This document shows positions 11,935-26,324 of a stretch of DNA of 64,000 nt, piece by piece. Source of the DNA: Auanema rhodensis. Its lineage: Eukaryota; Animalia; Nematoda. A program made the translations under genes and the position numbers. The stretch's first letter is position 1. The number at the start of each line of letters is the position of its first letter. The notes under the pieces were generated by a model. That model saw only the letters and a program-made list of their open reading frames with translations. It made no database searches and was not told where the DNA came from. The DNA is taken from NCBI GenBank assembly GCA_964057225.1, contig OZ059896.1, positions 19,654,001 through 19,718,000 of the forward strand, written 5' to 3'.

Positions 11935-14900
11935 CCATGTACACTCAACATTGCTTCCAAAAACATTTTGACAAAAATTTTTTCGAAAAATTTTAAAATA
12001 ATTTAGCAAAAAGTAGATGTTTTTAGATTCCTTTTTTCAAGGCAAAGACGATGGACAATGTTATTCAACGAAAAAATTAATTCTTCAGGGTGAAAATCGA
12101 GGATATAAGTGTAAACTTATATCAGTTGATATCTCGGTGCACTTTTAAGCTAGCGCAAATCTGATAACACAGATCGACGCAGCTTAAAAATCCGCATCGA
12201 ATGCACTATACTACATTGAGAAACGCTTAATACAAAAATTAGTTATGATCGTTTGAAAAATGATGCATTAGTGTATGTTGAGTTTCCATGTACACTCAAC
12301 ATTGCTTCCCAAAACATTTTGACAAAAATTTTTTCGAAAAATTTCAAAATAATTCAGCAAAAAGTAGATGTTTTTAGATTCCTTTTTTCAAGGCAAAGAC
12401 GATGGACAATGTTATTCAACGAAAAAATTAATTCTTCAGGGTGAAAATCGAGGATATAAGTGTGAACATATATCAGTTGATATCTCGGTGCATTTTTAAG
12501 CTAGCGCAAATCTGATAACACAGATCGACGCAGCTTAAAAATCCGCATCGAATGCACTATACTACATTGAGAAACGCTTAATACAAAAATTAGTTATGAT
12601 CGTTTGAAAAATGATGCATTAGTGTATGTTGAGTTTCCGTGTACACTCAACATTGCTTCCAAAAACATTTTGACAAAAATTTTTTCGAAAAATTTCAAAA
12701 TAATTTAGCAAAAAGTAGATGTTTTTAGATTCCTTTTTTCAAGGCAAAGACGATGGACAATGTTATTCAACGAAAAAATTAATTCTTCAGGGTGAAAATC
12801 GAGGATATAAGTGTGAACTTATATCAGTTGATATCTCGGTGCATTTTTAAGCTAGCGCAAATCTGATAACACAGATCGACGCAGCTTAAAAATCCGCATC
12901 GAATGCACTATACTACATTGAGAAACGCTTAATACAAAAATTAGTTATGATCGTTTGAAAAATGATGCATTAGTGTATGTTGAGTTTCCATGTACACTCA
13001 ACATTGCTTCCAAAAACATTTTGACAAAACTTTTTTCGAAAATTTTCAGAATAATTTAGCAAAAAGTAGATGTTTTTAGATTCCTTTTTTCAAGGCAAAG
13101 ACGATGGACAATGTTATTCAACGAAAAAATTAATTCTTCAGGGTGAAAATCGAGGATATAAGTGTAAACTTATATCAGTTGATATCTCGGTGCACTTTTA
13201 AGCTAGCGCAAATCTGATAACACAGATCGACGCAGCTTAAAAATCCGCATCGAATGCACTATACTACATTGAGAAACGCTTAATACAAAAATTAGTTATG
13301 ATCGTTTGAAAAATGATGCATTAGTGTATGTTGAGTTTCCATGTACACTCAACATTGCTTCCAAAAACATTTTGACAAAAATTTTTTCGAAAAATTTCAA
13401 AATAATTTAGCAAAAAGTAGATGTTTTTAGATTCCTTTTTTCAAGGCAAAGACGATGGACAATGTTATTCAACGAAAAAATTAATTCTTCAGGGTGAAAA
13501 TCGAGGATATAAGTGTGAACTTATATCAGTTGATATCTCGGTGCATTTTTAAGCTAGCGCAAATCTGATAACACAGATCGACGCAGCTTAAAAATCCGCA
13601 TCGAATGCACTATACTACATTGAGAAACGCTTAATACAAAAATTAGTTATGATCGTTTGAAAAATGATGCATTAGTGTATGTTGAGTTTCCGTGTACACT
13701 CAACATTGCTTCCAAAAACATTTTGACAAAAATTTTTTCGAAAAATTTCAAAATAATTTAGCAAAAAGTAGATGTTTTTAGATTCCTTTTTTCAAGGCAA
13801 AGACGATGGACAATGTTATTCAACGAAAAAATTAATTCTTCAGGGTGAAAATCGAGGATATAAGTGTAAACTTATATCAGTTGATATCTCGGTGCACTTT
13901 CAAGCTAGCGCAAATCTGATAACACAGATCGACGCAGCTTAAAAATCCGCATCGAATGCACTACACTACATTGAGAAACGCTTAATACAAAAATTAGTTA
14001 TGATCGTTTGAAAAATGATGCATTAGTGTATGTTGAGTTTCCATGTACACTCAACATTGCTTCCAAAAACATTTTGACAAAAATTTTTTCGAAAAATTTC
14101 AAAATAATTTAGCAGAAAGTAGATGTTTTTAGATTCCTTTTTTCAAGGCAAAGACGATGGACAATGTTATTCAACGAAAAAATTAATTCTTCAGGGTGAA
14201 AATCGAGGATATAAGTGTAAACTTATATCAGTTGATATCTCGGTGCACTTTTAAGCTAGCGCAAATCTGATAACACAGATCGACGCAGCTTAAAAATCCG
14301 CATCGAATGCACTACACTACATTGAGAAACGCTTAATACAAAAATTAGTTATGATCGTTTGAAAAATGATGCATTAGTGTATGTTGAGTTTCCATGTACA
14401 CTCAACATTGCTTCCAAAAACATTTTGACAAAAATTTTTTCGAAAAATTTCAAAATAATTTAGCAAAAAGTAGATGTTTTTAGATTCCTTTTTTCAAGGC
14501 AAAGACGATGGACAATGTTATTCAACGAAAAAATTAATTCTTCAGGGTGAAAATCGAGGATATAAGTGTAAACTTATATCAGTTGATATCTCGGTGCACT
14601 TTCAAGCTAGCGCAAATCTGATAACACAGATCGACGCAGCTTAAAAATCCGCATCGAATGCACTATACTACATTGAGAAACGCTTAATACAAAAATTAGT
14701 TATGATCGTTTGAAAAATGATGCATTAGTGTATGTTGAGTTTCCATGTACACTCAACATTGCTTCCAAAAACATTTTGACAAAACTTTTTTCGAAAATTT
14801 TCAGAATAATTTAGCAAAAAGTAGATGTTTTTAGATTCCTTTTTTCAAGGCAAAGACGATGGACAATGTTATTCAACGAAAAAATTAATTCTTCAGGGTG

Positions 14901-15795
14901 AAAATCGAGGATATAAGTGTAAACTTATATCAGTTGATATCTCGGTGCACTTGTAAGCTAGCGCAAATCTGATAACACAGATCGACGCAGCTTAAAAATC
15001 CGCATCGAATGCACTATACTACATTGAGAAACGCTTAATACAAAAATTAGTTATGATCGTTTGAAAAATGATGCATTAGTGTATGTTGAGTTTCCATGTA
15101 CACTCAACATTGCTTCCAAAAACATTTTGACAAAACTTTTTTCGAAAATTTTCAGAATAATTTAGCAAAAAGTAGATGTTTTTAGATTCCTTTTTTCAAG
15201 GCAAAGACGATGGACAATGTTATTCAACGAAAAAATTAATTCTTCAGGGTGAAAATCGAGGATATAAGTGTAAACTTATATCAGTTGATATCTCGGTGCA
15301 CTTTTAAGCTAGCGCAAATCTGATAACACAGATCGACGCAGCTTAAAAATCCGCATCGAATGCACTATACTACATTGAGAAACGCTTAATACAAAAATTA
15401 GTTATGATCGTTTGAAAAATGATGCATTAGTGTATGTTGAGTTTCCATGTACACTCAACATTGCTTCCAAAAACATTTTGACAAAAATTTTTTCGAAAAA
15501 TTTCAAAATAATTTAGCAAAAAGTAGATGTTTTTAGATTCCTTTTTTCAAGGCAAAGACGATGGACAATGTTATTCAACGAAAAAATTAATTCTTCAGGG
15601 TGAAAATCGAGGATATAAGTGTGAACTTATATCAGTTGATATCTCGGTGCATTTTTAAGCTAGCGCAAATCTGATAACACAGATCGACGCAGCTTAAAAA
15701 TCCGCATCGAATGCACTATACTACATTGAGAAACGCTTAATACAAAAATTAGTTATGATCGTTTGAAAAATGATGCATTAGTGTATGTTGAGTTT

Positions 15796-18700
15796 CCATG
15801 TACACTCAACATTGCTTCCAAAAACATTTTGACAAAAATTTTTTCGAAAAATTTCAAAATAATTTAGCAAAAAGTAGATGTTTTTAGATTCCTTTTTTCA
15901 AGGCAAAGACGATGGACAATGTTATTCAACGAAAAAATTAATTCTTCAGGGTGAAAATCGTGGATATAAGTGTGAACTTATATCAGTTGATATCTCGGTG
16001 CATTTTTAAGCTAGCGCAAATCTGATAACACAGATCGACGCAGCTTAAAAATCCGCATCGAATGCACTATACTACATTGAGAAACGCTTAATACAAAAAT
16101 TAGTTATGATCGTTTGAAAAATGATGCATTAGTGTATGTTGAGTTTCCATGTACACTCAACATTGCTTCCAAAAACATTTTGACAAAACTTTTTTCGAAA
16201 CTTTTCAGAATAATTTAGCAAAAAGTAGATGTTTTTAGATTCCTTTTTTCAAGGCAAAGACGATGGACAATGTTATTCAACGAAAAAATTAATTCTTCAG
16301 GGTGAAAATCGAGGATATAAGTGTAAACTTATATCAGTTGATATCTCGGTGCACTTTTAAGCTAGCGCAAATCTGATAACACAGATCGACGCAGCTGAAA
16401 AATCCGCATCGAATGCACTATACTACATTGAGAAACGCTTAATACAAAAATTAGTTATGATCGTTTGAAAAATGATGCATTAGTGTATGTTGAGTTTCCA
16501 TGTACACTCAACATTGCTTCCAAAAACATTTTGACAAAAATTTTTTCGAAAAATTTCAAAATAATTTAGCAAAAAGTAGATGTTTTTAGATTCCTTTTTT
16601 CAAGGCAAAGACGATGGACAATGTTATTCAACGAAAAAATTAATTCTTCAGGGTGAAAATCGTGGATATAAGTGTGAACTTATATCAGTTGATATCTCGG
16701 TGCATTTTTAAGCTAGCGAAATCTGATAACACAGATCGACGCAGCTTAAAAATCCGCATCGAATGCACTATACTACATTGAGAAACGCTTAATACAAAAA
16801 TTAGTTATGATCGTTTGAAAAATGATGCATTAGTGTATGTTGAGTTTCCATGTACACTCAACATTGCTTCCAAAAACATTTTGACAAAACTTTTTTCGAA
16901 AATTTTCAGAATAATTTAGCAAAAAGTAGATGTATTTAGATTCCTTTTTTCAAGGCAAAGACGATGGACAATGTTATTCAACGAAAAAATTAATTCTTCA
17001 GGGTGAAAATCGAGGATATAAGTGTAAACTTATATCAGTTGATATCTCGGTGCACTTTTAAGCTAGCGCAAATCTGATAACACAGATCGACGCAGCTTAA
17101 AAATCCGCATCGAATGCACTATACTACATTGAGAAACGCTTAATACAAAAATTAGTTATGATCGTTTGAAAAATGATGCATTAGTGTATGTTGAGTTTCC
17201 ATGTACACTCAACATTGCTTCCAAAAACATTTTGACAAAAATTTTTTCGAAAAATTTCAAAATAATTTAGCAAAAAGTAGATGTTTTTAGATTCCTTTTT
17301 TCAAGGCAAAGACGATGGACAATGTTATTCAACGAAAAAATTAATTCTTCAGGGTGAAAATCGTGGATATAAGTGTGAACTTATATCAGTTGATATCTCG
17401 GTGCATTTTTAAGCTAGCGCAAATCTGATAACACAGATCGACGCAGCTTAAAAATCCGCATCGAATGCACTATACTACATTGAGAAACGCTTAATACAAA
17501 AATTAGTTATGATCGTTTGAAAAATGATGCATTAGTGTATGTTGAGTTTCCATGTACACTCAACATTGCTTCCAAAAACATTTTGACAAAACTTTTTTCG
17601 AAACTTTTCAGAATAATTTAGCAAAAAGTAGATGTTTTTAGATTCCTTTTTTCAAGGCAAAGACGATGGACAATGTTATTCAACGAAAAAATTAATTCTT
17701 CAGGGTGAAAATCGAGGATATAAGTGTAAACTTATATCAGTTGATATCTCGGTGCACTTTTAAGCTAGCGCAAATCTGATAACACAGATCGACGCAGCTG
17801 AAAAATCCGCATCGAATGCACTATACTACATTGAGAAACGCTTAATACAAAAATTAGTTATGATCGTTTGAAAAATGATGCATTAGTGTATGTTGAGTTT
17901 CCATGTACACTCAACATTGCTTCCAAAAACATTTTGACAAAAATTTTTTCGAAAAATTTCAAAATAATTTAGCAAAAAGTAGATGTTTTTAGATTCCTTT
18001 TTTCAAGGCAAAGACGATGGACAATGTTATTCAACGAAAAAATTAATTCTTCAGGGTGAAAATCGTGGATATAAGTGTGAACTTATATCAGTTGATATCT
18101 CGGTGCATTTTTAAGCTAGCGCAAATCTGATAACACAGATCGACGCAGCTTAAAAATCCGCATCGAATGCACTATACTACATTGAGAAACGCTTAATACA
18201 AAAATTAGTTATGATCGTTTGAAAAATGATGCATTAGTGTATGTTGAGTTTCCATGTACACTCAACATTGCTTCCAAAAACATTTTGACAAAACTTTTTT
18301 CGAAAATTTTCAGAATAATTTAGCAAAAAGTAGATGTATTTAGATTCCTTTTTTCAAGGCAAAGACGATGGACAATGTTATTCAACGAAAAAATTAATTC
18401 TTCAGGGTGAAAATCGAGGATATAAGTGTAAACTTATATCAGTTGATATCTCGGTGCACTTTTAAGCTAGCGCAAATCTGATAACACAGATCGACGCAGC
18501 TTAAAAATCCGCATCGAATGCACTATACTACATTGAGAAACGCTTAATACAAAAATTAGTTATGATCGTTTGAAAAATGATGCATTAGTGTATGTTGAGT
18601 TTCCATGTACACTCAACATTGCTTCCAAAAACATTTTGACAAAAATTTTTTCGAAAAATTTCAAAATAATTTAGCAAAAAGTAGATGTTTTTAGATTCCT

Positions 18701-20708
18701 TTTTTCAAGGCAAAGACGATGGACAATGTTATTCAACGAAAAAATTAATTCTTCAGGGTGAAAATCGTGGATATAAGTGTGAACTTATATCAGTTGATAT
18801 CTCGGTGCATTTTTAAGCTAGCGCAAATCTGATAACACAGATCGACGCAGCTTAAAAATCCGCATCGAATGCACTATACTACATTGAGAAACGCTTAATA
18901 CAAAAATTAGTTATGATCGTTTGAAAAATGATGCATTAGTGTATGTTGAGTTTCCATGTACACTCAACATTGCTTCCAAAAACATTTTGACAAAACTTTT
19001 TTCGAAACTTTTCAGAATAATTTAGCAAAAAGTAGATGTTTTTAGATTCCTTTTTTCAAGGCAAAGACGATGGACAATGTTATTCAACGAAAAAATTAAT
19101 TCTTCAGGGTGAAAATCGAGGATATAAGTGTAAACTTATATCAGTTGATATCTCGGTGCACTTTTAAGCTAGCGCAAATCTGATAACACAGATCGACGCA
19201 GCTGAAAAATCCGCATCGAATGCACTATACTACATTGAGAAACGCTTAATACAAAAATTAGTTATGATCGTTTGAAAAATGATGCATTAGTGTATGTTGA
19301 GTTTCCATGTACACTCAACATTGCTTCCAAAAACATTTTGACAAAAATTTTTTCGAAAAATTTCAAAATAATTTAGCAAAAAGTAGATGTTTTTAGATTC
19401 CTTTTTTCAAGGCAAAGACGATGGACAATGTTATTCAACGAAAAAATTAATTCTTCAGGGTGAAAATCGTGGATATAAGTGTGAACTTATATCAGTTGAT
19501 ATCTCGGTGCATTTTTAAGCTAGCGCAAATCTGATAACACAGATCGACGCAGCTTAAAAATCCGCATCGAATGCACTATACTACATTGAGAAACGCTTAA
19601 TACAAAAATTAGTTATGATCGTTTGAAAAATGATGCATTAGTGTATGTTGAGTTTCCATGTACACTCAACATTGCTTCCAAAAACATTTTGACAAAACTT
19701 TTTTCGAAAATTTTCAGAATAATTTAGCAAAAAGTAGATGTATTTAGATTCCTTTTTTCAAGGCAAAGACGATGGACAATGTTATTCAACGAAAAAATTA
19801 ATTCTTCAGGGTGAAAATCGAGGATATAAGTGTAAACTTATATCAGTTGATATCTCGGTGCACTTTTAAGCTAGCGCAAATCTGATAACACAGATCGACG
19901 CAGCTTAAAAATCCGCATCGAATGCACTATACTACATTGAGAAACGCTTAATACAAAAATTAGTTATGATCGTTTGAAAAATGATGCATTAGTGTATGTT
20001 GAGTTTCCATGTACACTCAACATTGCTTCCAAAAACATTTTGACAAAAATTTTTTCGAAAAATTTCAAAATAATTTAGCAAAAAGTAGATGTTTTTAGAT
20101 TCCTTTTTTCAAGGCAAAGACGATGGACAATGTTATTCAACGAAAAAATTAATTCTTCAGGGTGAAAATCGTGGATATAAGTGTGAACTTATATCAGTTG
20201 ATATCTCGGTGCATTTTTAAGCTAGCGCAAATCTGATAACACAGATCGACGCAGCTTAAAAATCCGCATCGAATGCACTATACTACATTGAGAAACGCTT
20301 AATACAAAAATTAGTTATGATCGTTTGAAAAATGATGCATTAGTGTATGTTGAGTTTCCATGTACACTCAACATTGCTTCCAAAAACATTTTGACAAAAC
20401 TTTTTTCGAAACTTTTCAGAATAATTTAGCAAAAAGTAGATGTTTTTAGATTCCTTTTTTCAAGGCAAAGACGATGGACAATGTTATTCAACGAAAAAAT
20501 TAATTCTTCAGGGTGAAAATCGAGGATATAAGTGTAAACTTATATCAGTTGATATCTCGGTGCACTTTTAAGCTAGCGCAAATCTGATAACACAGATCGA
20601 CGCAGCTTAAAAATCCGCATCGAATGCACTATACTACATTGAGAAACGCTTAATACAAAAATTAGTTATGATCGTTTGAAAAATGATGCATTAGTGTATG
20701 TTGAGTTT
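15796..20708 (+). repeat. Local higher-order repeat: 4-mer (1404 bp) x 3.5
   Basis: Copies 46-59: ATCGTGG variant in every second copy; GAAACTTTTCAG and GATGTATTT variants each in every fourth copy. Confidence 0.92.
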
Positions 20709-23700
20709 CCATGTACACTCAACATTGCTTCCAAAAACATTTTGACAAAAATTTTTTCGAAAAATTTCAAAATAATTTAGCAAAAAGTAGATGTTTTTAG
20801 ATTCCTTTTTTCAAGGCAAAGACGATGGACAATGTTATTCAACGAAAAAATTAATTCTTCAGGGTGAAAATCGAGGATATAAGTGTGAACTTATATCAGT
20901 TGATATCTCGGTGCATTTTTAAGCTAGCGCAAATCTGATAACACAGATCGACGCAGCTTAAAAATCCGCATCGAATGCACTATACTACATTGAGAAACGC
21001 TTAATACAAAAATTAGTTATGATCGTTTGAAAAATGATGCATTAGTGTATGTTGAGTTTCCGTGTACACTCAACATTGCTTCCAAAAACATTTTGACAAA
21101 AATTTTTTCGAAAAATTTCAAAATAATTTAGCAAAAAGTAGATGTTTTTAGATTCCTTTTTTCAAGGCAAAGACGATGGACAATGTTATTCAACGAAAAA
21201 ATTAATTCTTCAGGGTGAAAATCGAGGATATAAGTGTGAACTTATATCAGTTGATATCTCGGTGCATTTTTAAGCTAGCGCAAATCTGATAACACAGATC
21301 GACGCAGCTTAAAAATCCGCATCGAATGCACTATACTACATTGAGAAACGCTTAATACAAAAATTAGTTATGATCGTTTGAAAAATGATGCATTAGTGTA
21401 TGTTGAGTTTCCATGTACACTCAACATTGCTTCCAAAAACATTTTGACAAAAATTTTTTCGAAAAATTTCAAAATAATTTAGCAAAAAGTAGATGTTTTT
21501 AGATTCCTTTTTTCAAGGCAAAGACGATGGACAATGTTATTCAACGAAAAAATTAATTCTTCAGGGTGAAAATCGAGGATATAAGTGTAAACTTATATCA
21601 GTTGATATCTCGGTGCACTTTTAAGCTAGCGCAAATCTGATAACACAGATCGACGCAGCTTAAAAATCCGCATCGAATGCACTATACTACATTGAGAAAC
21701 GCTTAATACAAAAATTAGTTATGATCGTTTGAAAAATGATGCATTAGTGTATGTTGAGTTTCCATGTACACTCAACATTGCTTCCAAAAACATTTTGACA
21801 AAAATTTTTTCGAAAAATTTCAAAATAATTTAGCAAAAAGTAGATGTTTTTAGATTCCTTTTTTCAAGGCAAAGACGATGGACAATGTTATTCAACGAAA
21901 AAATTAATTCTTCAGGGTGAAAATCGAGGATATAAGTGTGAACTTATATCAGTTGATATCTCGGTGCATTTTTAAGCTAGCGCAAATCTGATAACACAGA
22001 TCGACGCAGCTTAAAAATCCGCATCGAATGCACTATACTACATTGAGAAACGCTCAATACAAAAATTAGTTATGATCGTTTGAAAAATGATGCATTAGTG
22101 TATGTTGAGTTTCCGTGTACACTCAACATTGCTTCCAAAAACATTTTGACAAAAATTTTTTCGAAAAATTTCAAAATAATTTAGCAAAAAGTAGATGTTT
22201 TTAGATTCCTTTTTTCAAGGCAAAGACGATGGACAATGTTATTCAACGAAAAAATTAATTCTTCAGGGTGAAAATCGAGGATATAAGTGTAAACTTATAT
22301 CAGTTGATATCTCGGTGCACTTTTAAGCTAGCGCAAATCTGATAACACAGATCGACGCAGCTTAAAAATCCGCATCGAATGCACTATACTACATTGAGAA
22401 ACGCTTAATACAAAAATTAGTTATGATCGTTTGAAAAATGATGCATTAGTGTATGTTGAGTTTCCATGTACACTCAACATTGCTTCCAAAAACATTTTGA
22501 CAAAAATTTTTTCGAAAAATTTCTAAATAATTTAGCAGAAAGTAGATGTTTTTAGATTCCATTTTTCAAGGCAAAGACGATGGACATTGTTATTCAACGA
22601 AAAAATTAATTCTTCAGGGTGAAAATCGAGGATATAAGTGTGAACTTATATCAGTTGATATCTCGGTGCATTTTTAAGCTAGCGCAAATCTGATAACACA
22701 GATCGACGCAGCTTAAAAATCCGCATCGAATGCACTATACTACATTGAGAAACGCTCAATACAAAAATTAGTTATGATCGTTTGAAAAATGATGCATTAG
22801 TGTATGTTGAGTTTCCGTGTACACTCAACATTGCTTCCAAAAACATTTTGACAAAAATTTTTTCGAAAAATTTCAAAATAATTTAGCAAAAAGTAGATGT
22901 TTTTAGATTCCTTTTTTCAAGGCAAAGACGATGGACAATGTTATTCAACGAAAAAATTAATTCTTCAGGGTGAAAATCGAGGATATAAGTGTGAACTTAT
23001 ATCAGTTGATATCTCGGTGCATTTTTAAGCTAGCGCAAATCTGATAACACAGATCGACGCAGCTTAAAAATCCGCATCGAATGCACTATACTACATTGAG
23101 AAACGCTCAATACAAAAATTAGTTATGATCGTTTGAAAAATGATGCATTAGTGTATGTTGAGTTTCCGTGTACACTCAACATTGCTTCCAAAAACATTTT
23201 GACAAAAATTTTTTCGAAAAATTTCAAAATAATTTAGCAAAAAGTAGATGTTTTTAGATTCCTTTTTTCAAGGCAAAGACGATGGACAATGTTATTCAAC
23301 GAAAAAATTAATTCTTCAGGGTGAAAATCGAGGATATAAGTGTAAACTTATATCAGTTGATATCTCGGTGCACTTTTAAGCTAGCGCAAATCTGATAACA
23401 CAGATCGACGCAGCTTAAAAATCCGCATCGAATGCACTATACTACATTGAGAAACGCTTAATACAAAAATTAGTTATGATCGTTTGAAAAATGATGCATT
23501 AGTGTATGTTGAGTTTCCATGTACACTCAACATTGCTTCCAAAAACATTTTGACAAAAATTTTTTCGAAAAATTTCAAAATAATTTAGCAAAAAGTAGAT
23601 GTTTTTAGATTCCTTTTTTCAAGGCAAAGACGATGGACAATGTTATTCAACGAAAAATTTAATTCTTCAGGGTGAAAATCGAGGATATAAGTGTGAACTT

Positions 23701-26324
23701 ATATCAGTTGATATCTCGGTGCATTTTTAAGCTAGCGCAAATCTGATAACACAGATCGACGCAGCTTAAAAATCCGCATCGAATGCACTACACTACATTG
23801 AGAAACGCTTAATACAAAAATTAGTTATGATCGTTTGAAAAATGATGCATTAGTGTATGTTGAGTTTCCATGTACACTCAACATTGCTTCCAAAAACATT
23901 TTGACAAAAATTTTTTCGAAAAATTTCAAAATATTTTAGCAAAAAGTAGATGTTTTTAGATTCCTTTCTTCAAGGCAAAGACGATGGACAATGTTATTCA
24001 ACGAAAAAATTAATTCTTCAGGGTGAAAATCGAGGATATAAGTGTGAACTTATATCAGTTGATATCTCGGTGCATTTTTAAGCTAGCGCAAATCTGATAA
24101 CACAGATCGACGCAGCTTAAAAATCCGCATCGAATGCACTATACTACATTGAGAAACGCTTAATACAAAAATTAGTTATGATCGTTTGAAAAATGATGCA
24201 TTAGTGTATGTTGAGTTTCCATGTACACTCAACATTGCTTCCAAAAACATTTTGACAAAAATTTTTTCGAAAAATTTCAAAATAATTTAGCAAAAAGTAG
24301 ATGTTTTTAGATTCCTTTTTTCGAGGCAAAGACGATGGACAATGTTATTCAACGAAAAAATTAATTCTTCAGGGTGAAAATCGAGGATATAAGTGTGAAC
24401 TTATATCAGTTGATATCTCGGTGCATTTTTAAGCTAGCGCAAATCTGATAACACAGATCGACGCAGCTTAAAAATCCGCATCGAATGCACTATACTACAT
24501 TGAGAAACGCTTAATACAAAAATTAGTTATGATCGTTTGAAAAATGATGCATTAGTGTATGTTGAGTTTCCATGTACACTCAACATTGCTTCCAAAAACA
24601 TTTTGACAAAAATTTTTTCGAAAAATTTCAAAATAATTTAGCAAAAAGTAGATGTTTTTAGATTCCTTTTTTCAAGGCAAAGACGATGGACAATGTTATT
24701 CAACGAAAAAATTAATTCTTCAGGGTGAAAATCGAGGATATAAGTGTGAACTTATATCAGTTGATATCTCGGTGCATTTTTAAGCTAGCGCAAATCTGAT
24801 AACACAGATCGACGCAGCTTAAAAATCCGCATCGAATGCACTATACTACATTGAGAAACGCTCAATACAAAAATTAGTTATGATCGTTTGAAAAATGATG
24901 CATTAGTGTATGTTGAGTTTCCGTGTACACTCAACATTGCTTCCAAAAACATTTTGACAAAAATTTTTTCGAAAAATTTCAAAATAATTTAGCAAAAAGT
25001 AGATGTTTTTAGATTCCTTTTTTCAAGGCAAAGACGATGGACAATGTTATTCAACGAAAAAATTAATTCTTCAGGGTGAAAATCGAGGATATAAGTGTAA
25101 ACTTATATCAGTTGATATCTCGGTGCACTTTTAAGCTAGCGCAAATCTGATAACACAGATCGACGCAGCTTAAAAATCCGCATCGAATGCACTATACTAC
25201 ATTGAGAAACGCTTATTACAAAAATTAGTTATGATCGTTTGAAAAATGATGCATTAGTGTATGTTGAGTTTCCATGTACACTCAACATTGCTTCCAAAAA
25301 CATTTTGACAAAAATTTTTTCGAAAAATTTCAAAATAATTTAGCAAAAAGTAGATGTTTTTAGATTCCTTTTTTCAAGGCAAAGACGATGGACAATGTTA
25401 TTCAACGAAAAATTTAATTCTTCAGGGTGAAAATCGAGGATATAAGTGTGAACTTATATCAGTTGATATCTCGGTGCATTTTTAAGCTAGCGCAAATCTG
25501 ATAACACAGATCGACGCAGCTTAAAAATCCGCATCGAATGCACTACACTACATTGAGAAACGCTTAATACAAAAATTAGTTATGATCGTTTGAAAAATGA
25601 TGCATTAGTGTATGTTAAGTTTCCATGTACACTCAACATTGCTTCCAAAAACATTTTGACAAAAATTTTTTCGAAAAATTTCAAAATATTTTAGCAAAAA
25701 GTAGATGTTTTTAGATTCCTTTCTTCAAGGCAAAGACGATGGACAATGTTATTCAACGAAAAAATTAATTCTTCAGGGTGAAAATCGAGGATATAAGTGT
25801 GAACTTATATCAGTTGATATCTCGGTGCATTTTTAAGCTAGCGCAAATCTGATAACACAGATCGACGCAGCTTAAAAATCCGCATGGAATGCACTATACT
25901 ACATTGAGAAACGCTTAATACAAAAATTAGTTATGATCGTTTGAAAAATGATGCATTAGTGTATGTTGAGTTTCCATGTACACTCAACATTGCTTCCAAA
26001 AACATTTTGACAAAAATTTTTTCGAAAAATTTCAAAATAATTTAGCAAAAAGTAGATGTTTTTAGATTCCTTTTTTCAAGGCAAAGACGATGGACAATGT
26101 TATTCAACGAAAAAATTAATTCTTCAGGGTGAAAATCGAGGATATAAGTGTGAACTTATATCAGTTGATATCTCGGTGCATTTTTAAGCTAGCGCAAATC
26201 TGATAACACAGATCGACGCAGCTTAAAAATCCGCATCGAATGCACTATACTACATTGAGAAACGCTTAATACAAAAATTAGTTATGATCGTTTGAAAAAT
26301 GATGCATTAGTGTATGTTGAGTTT

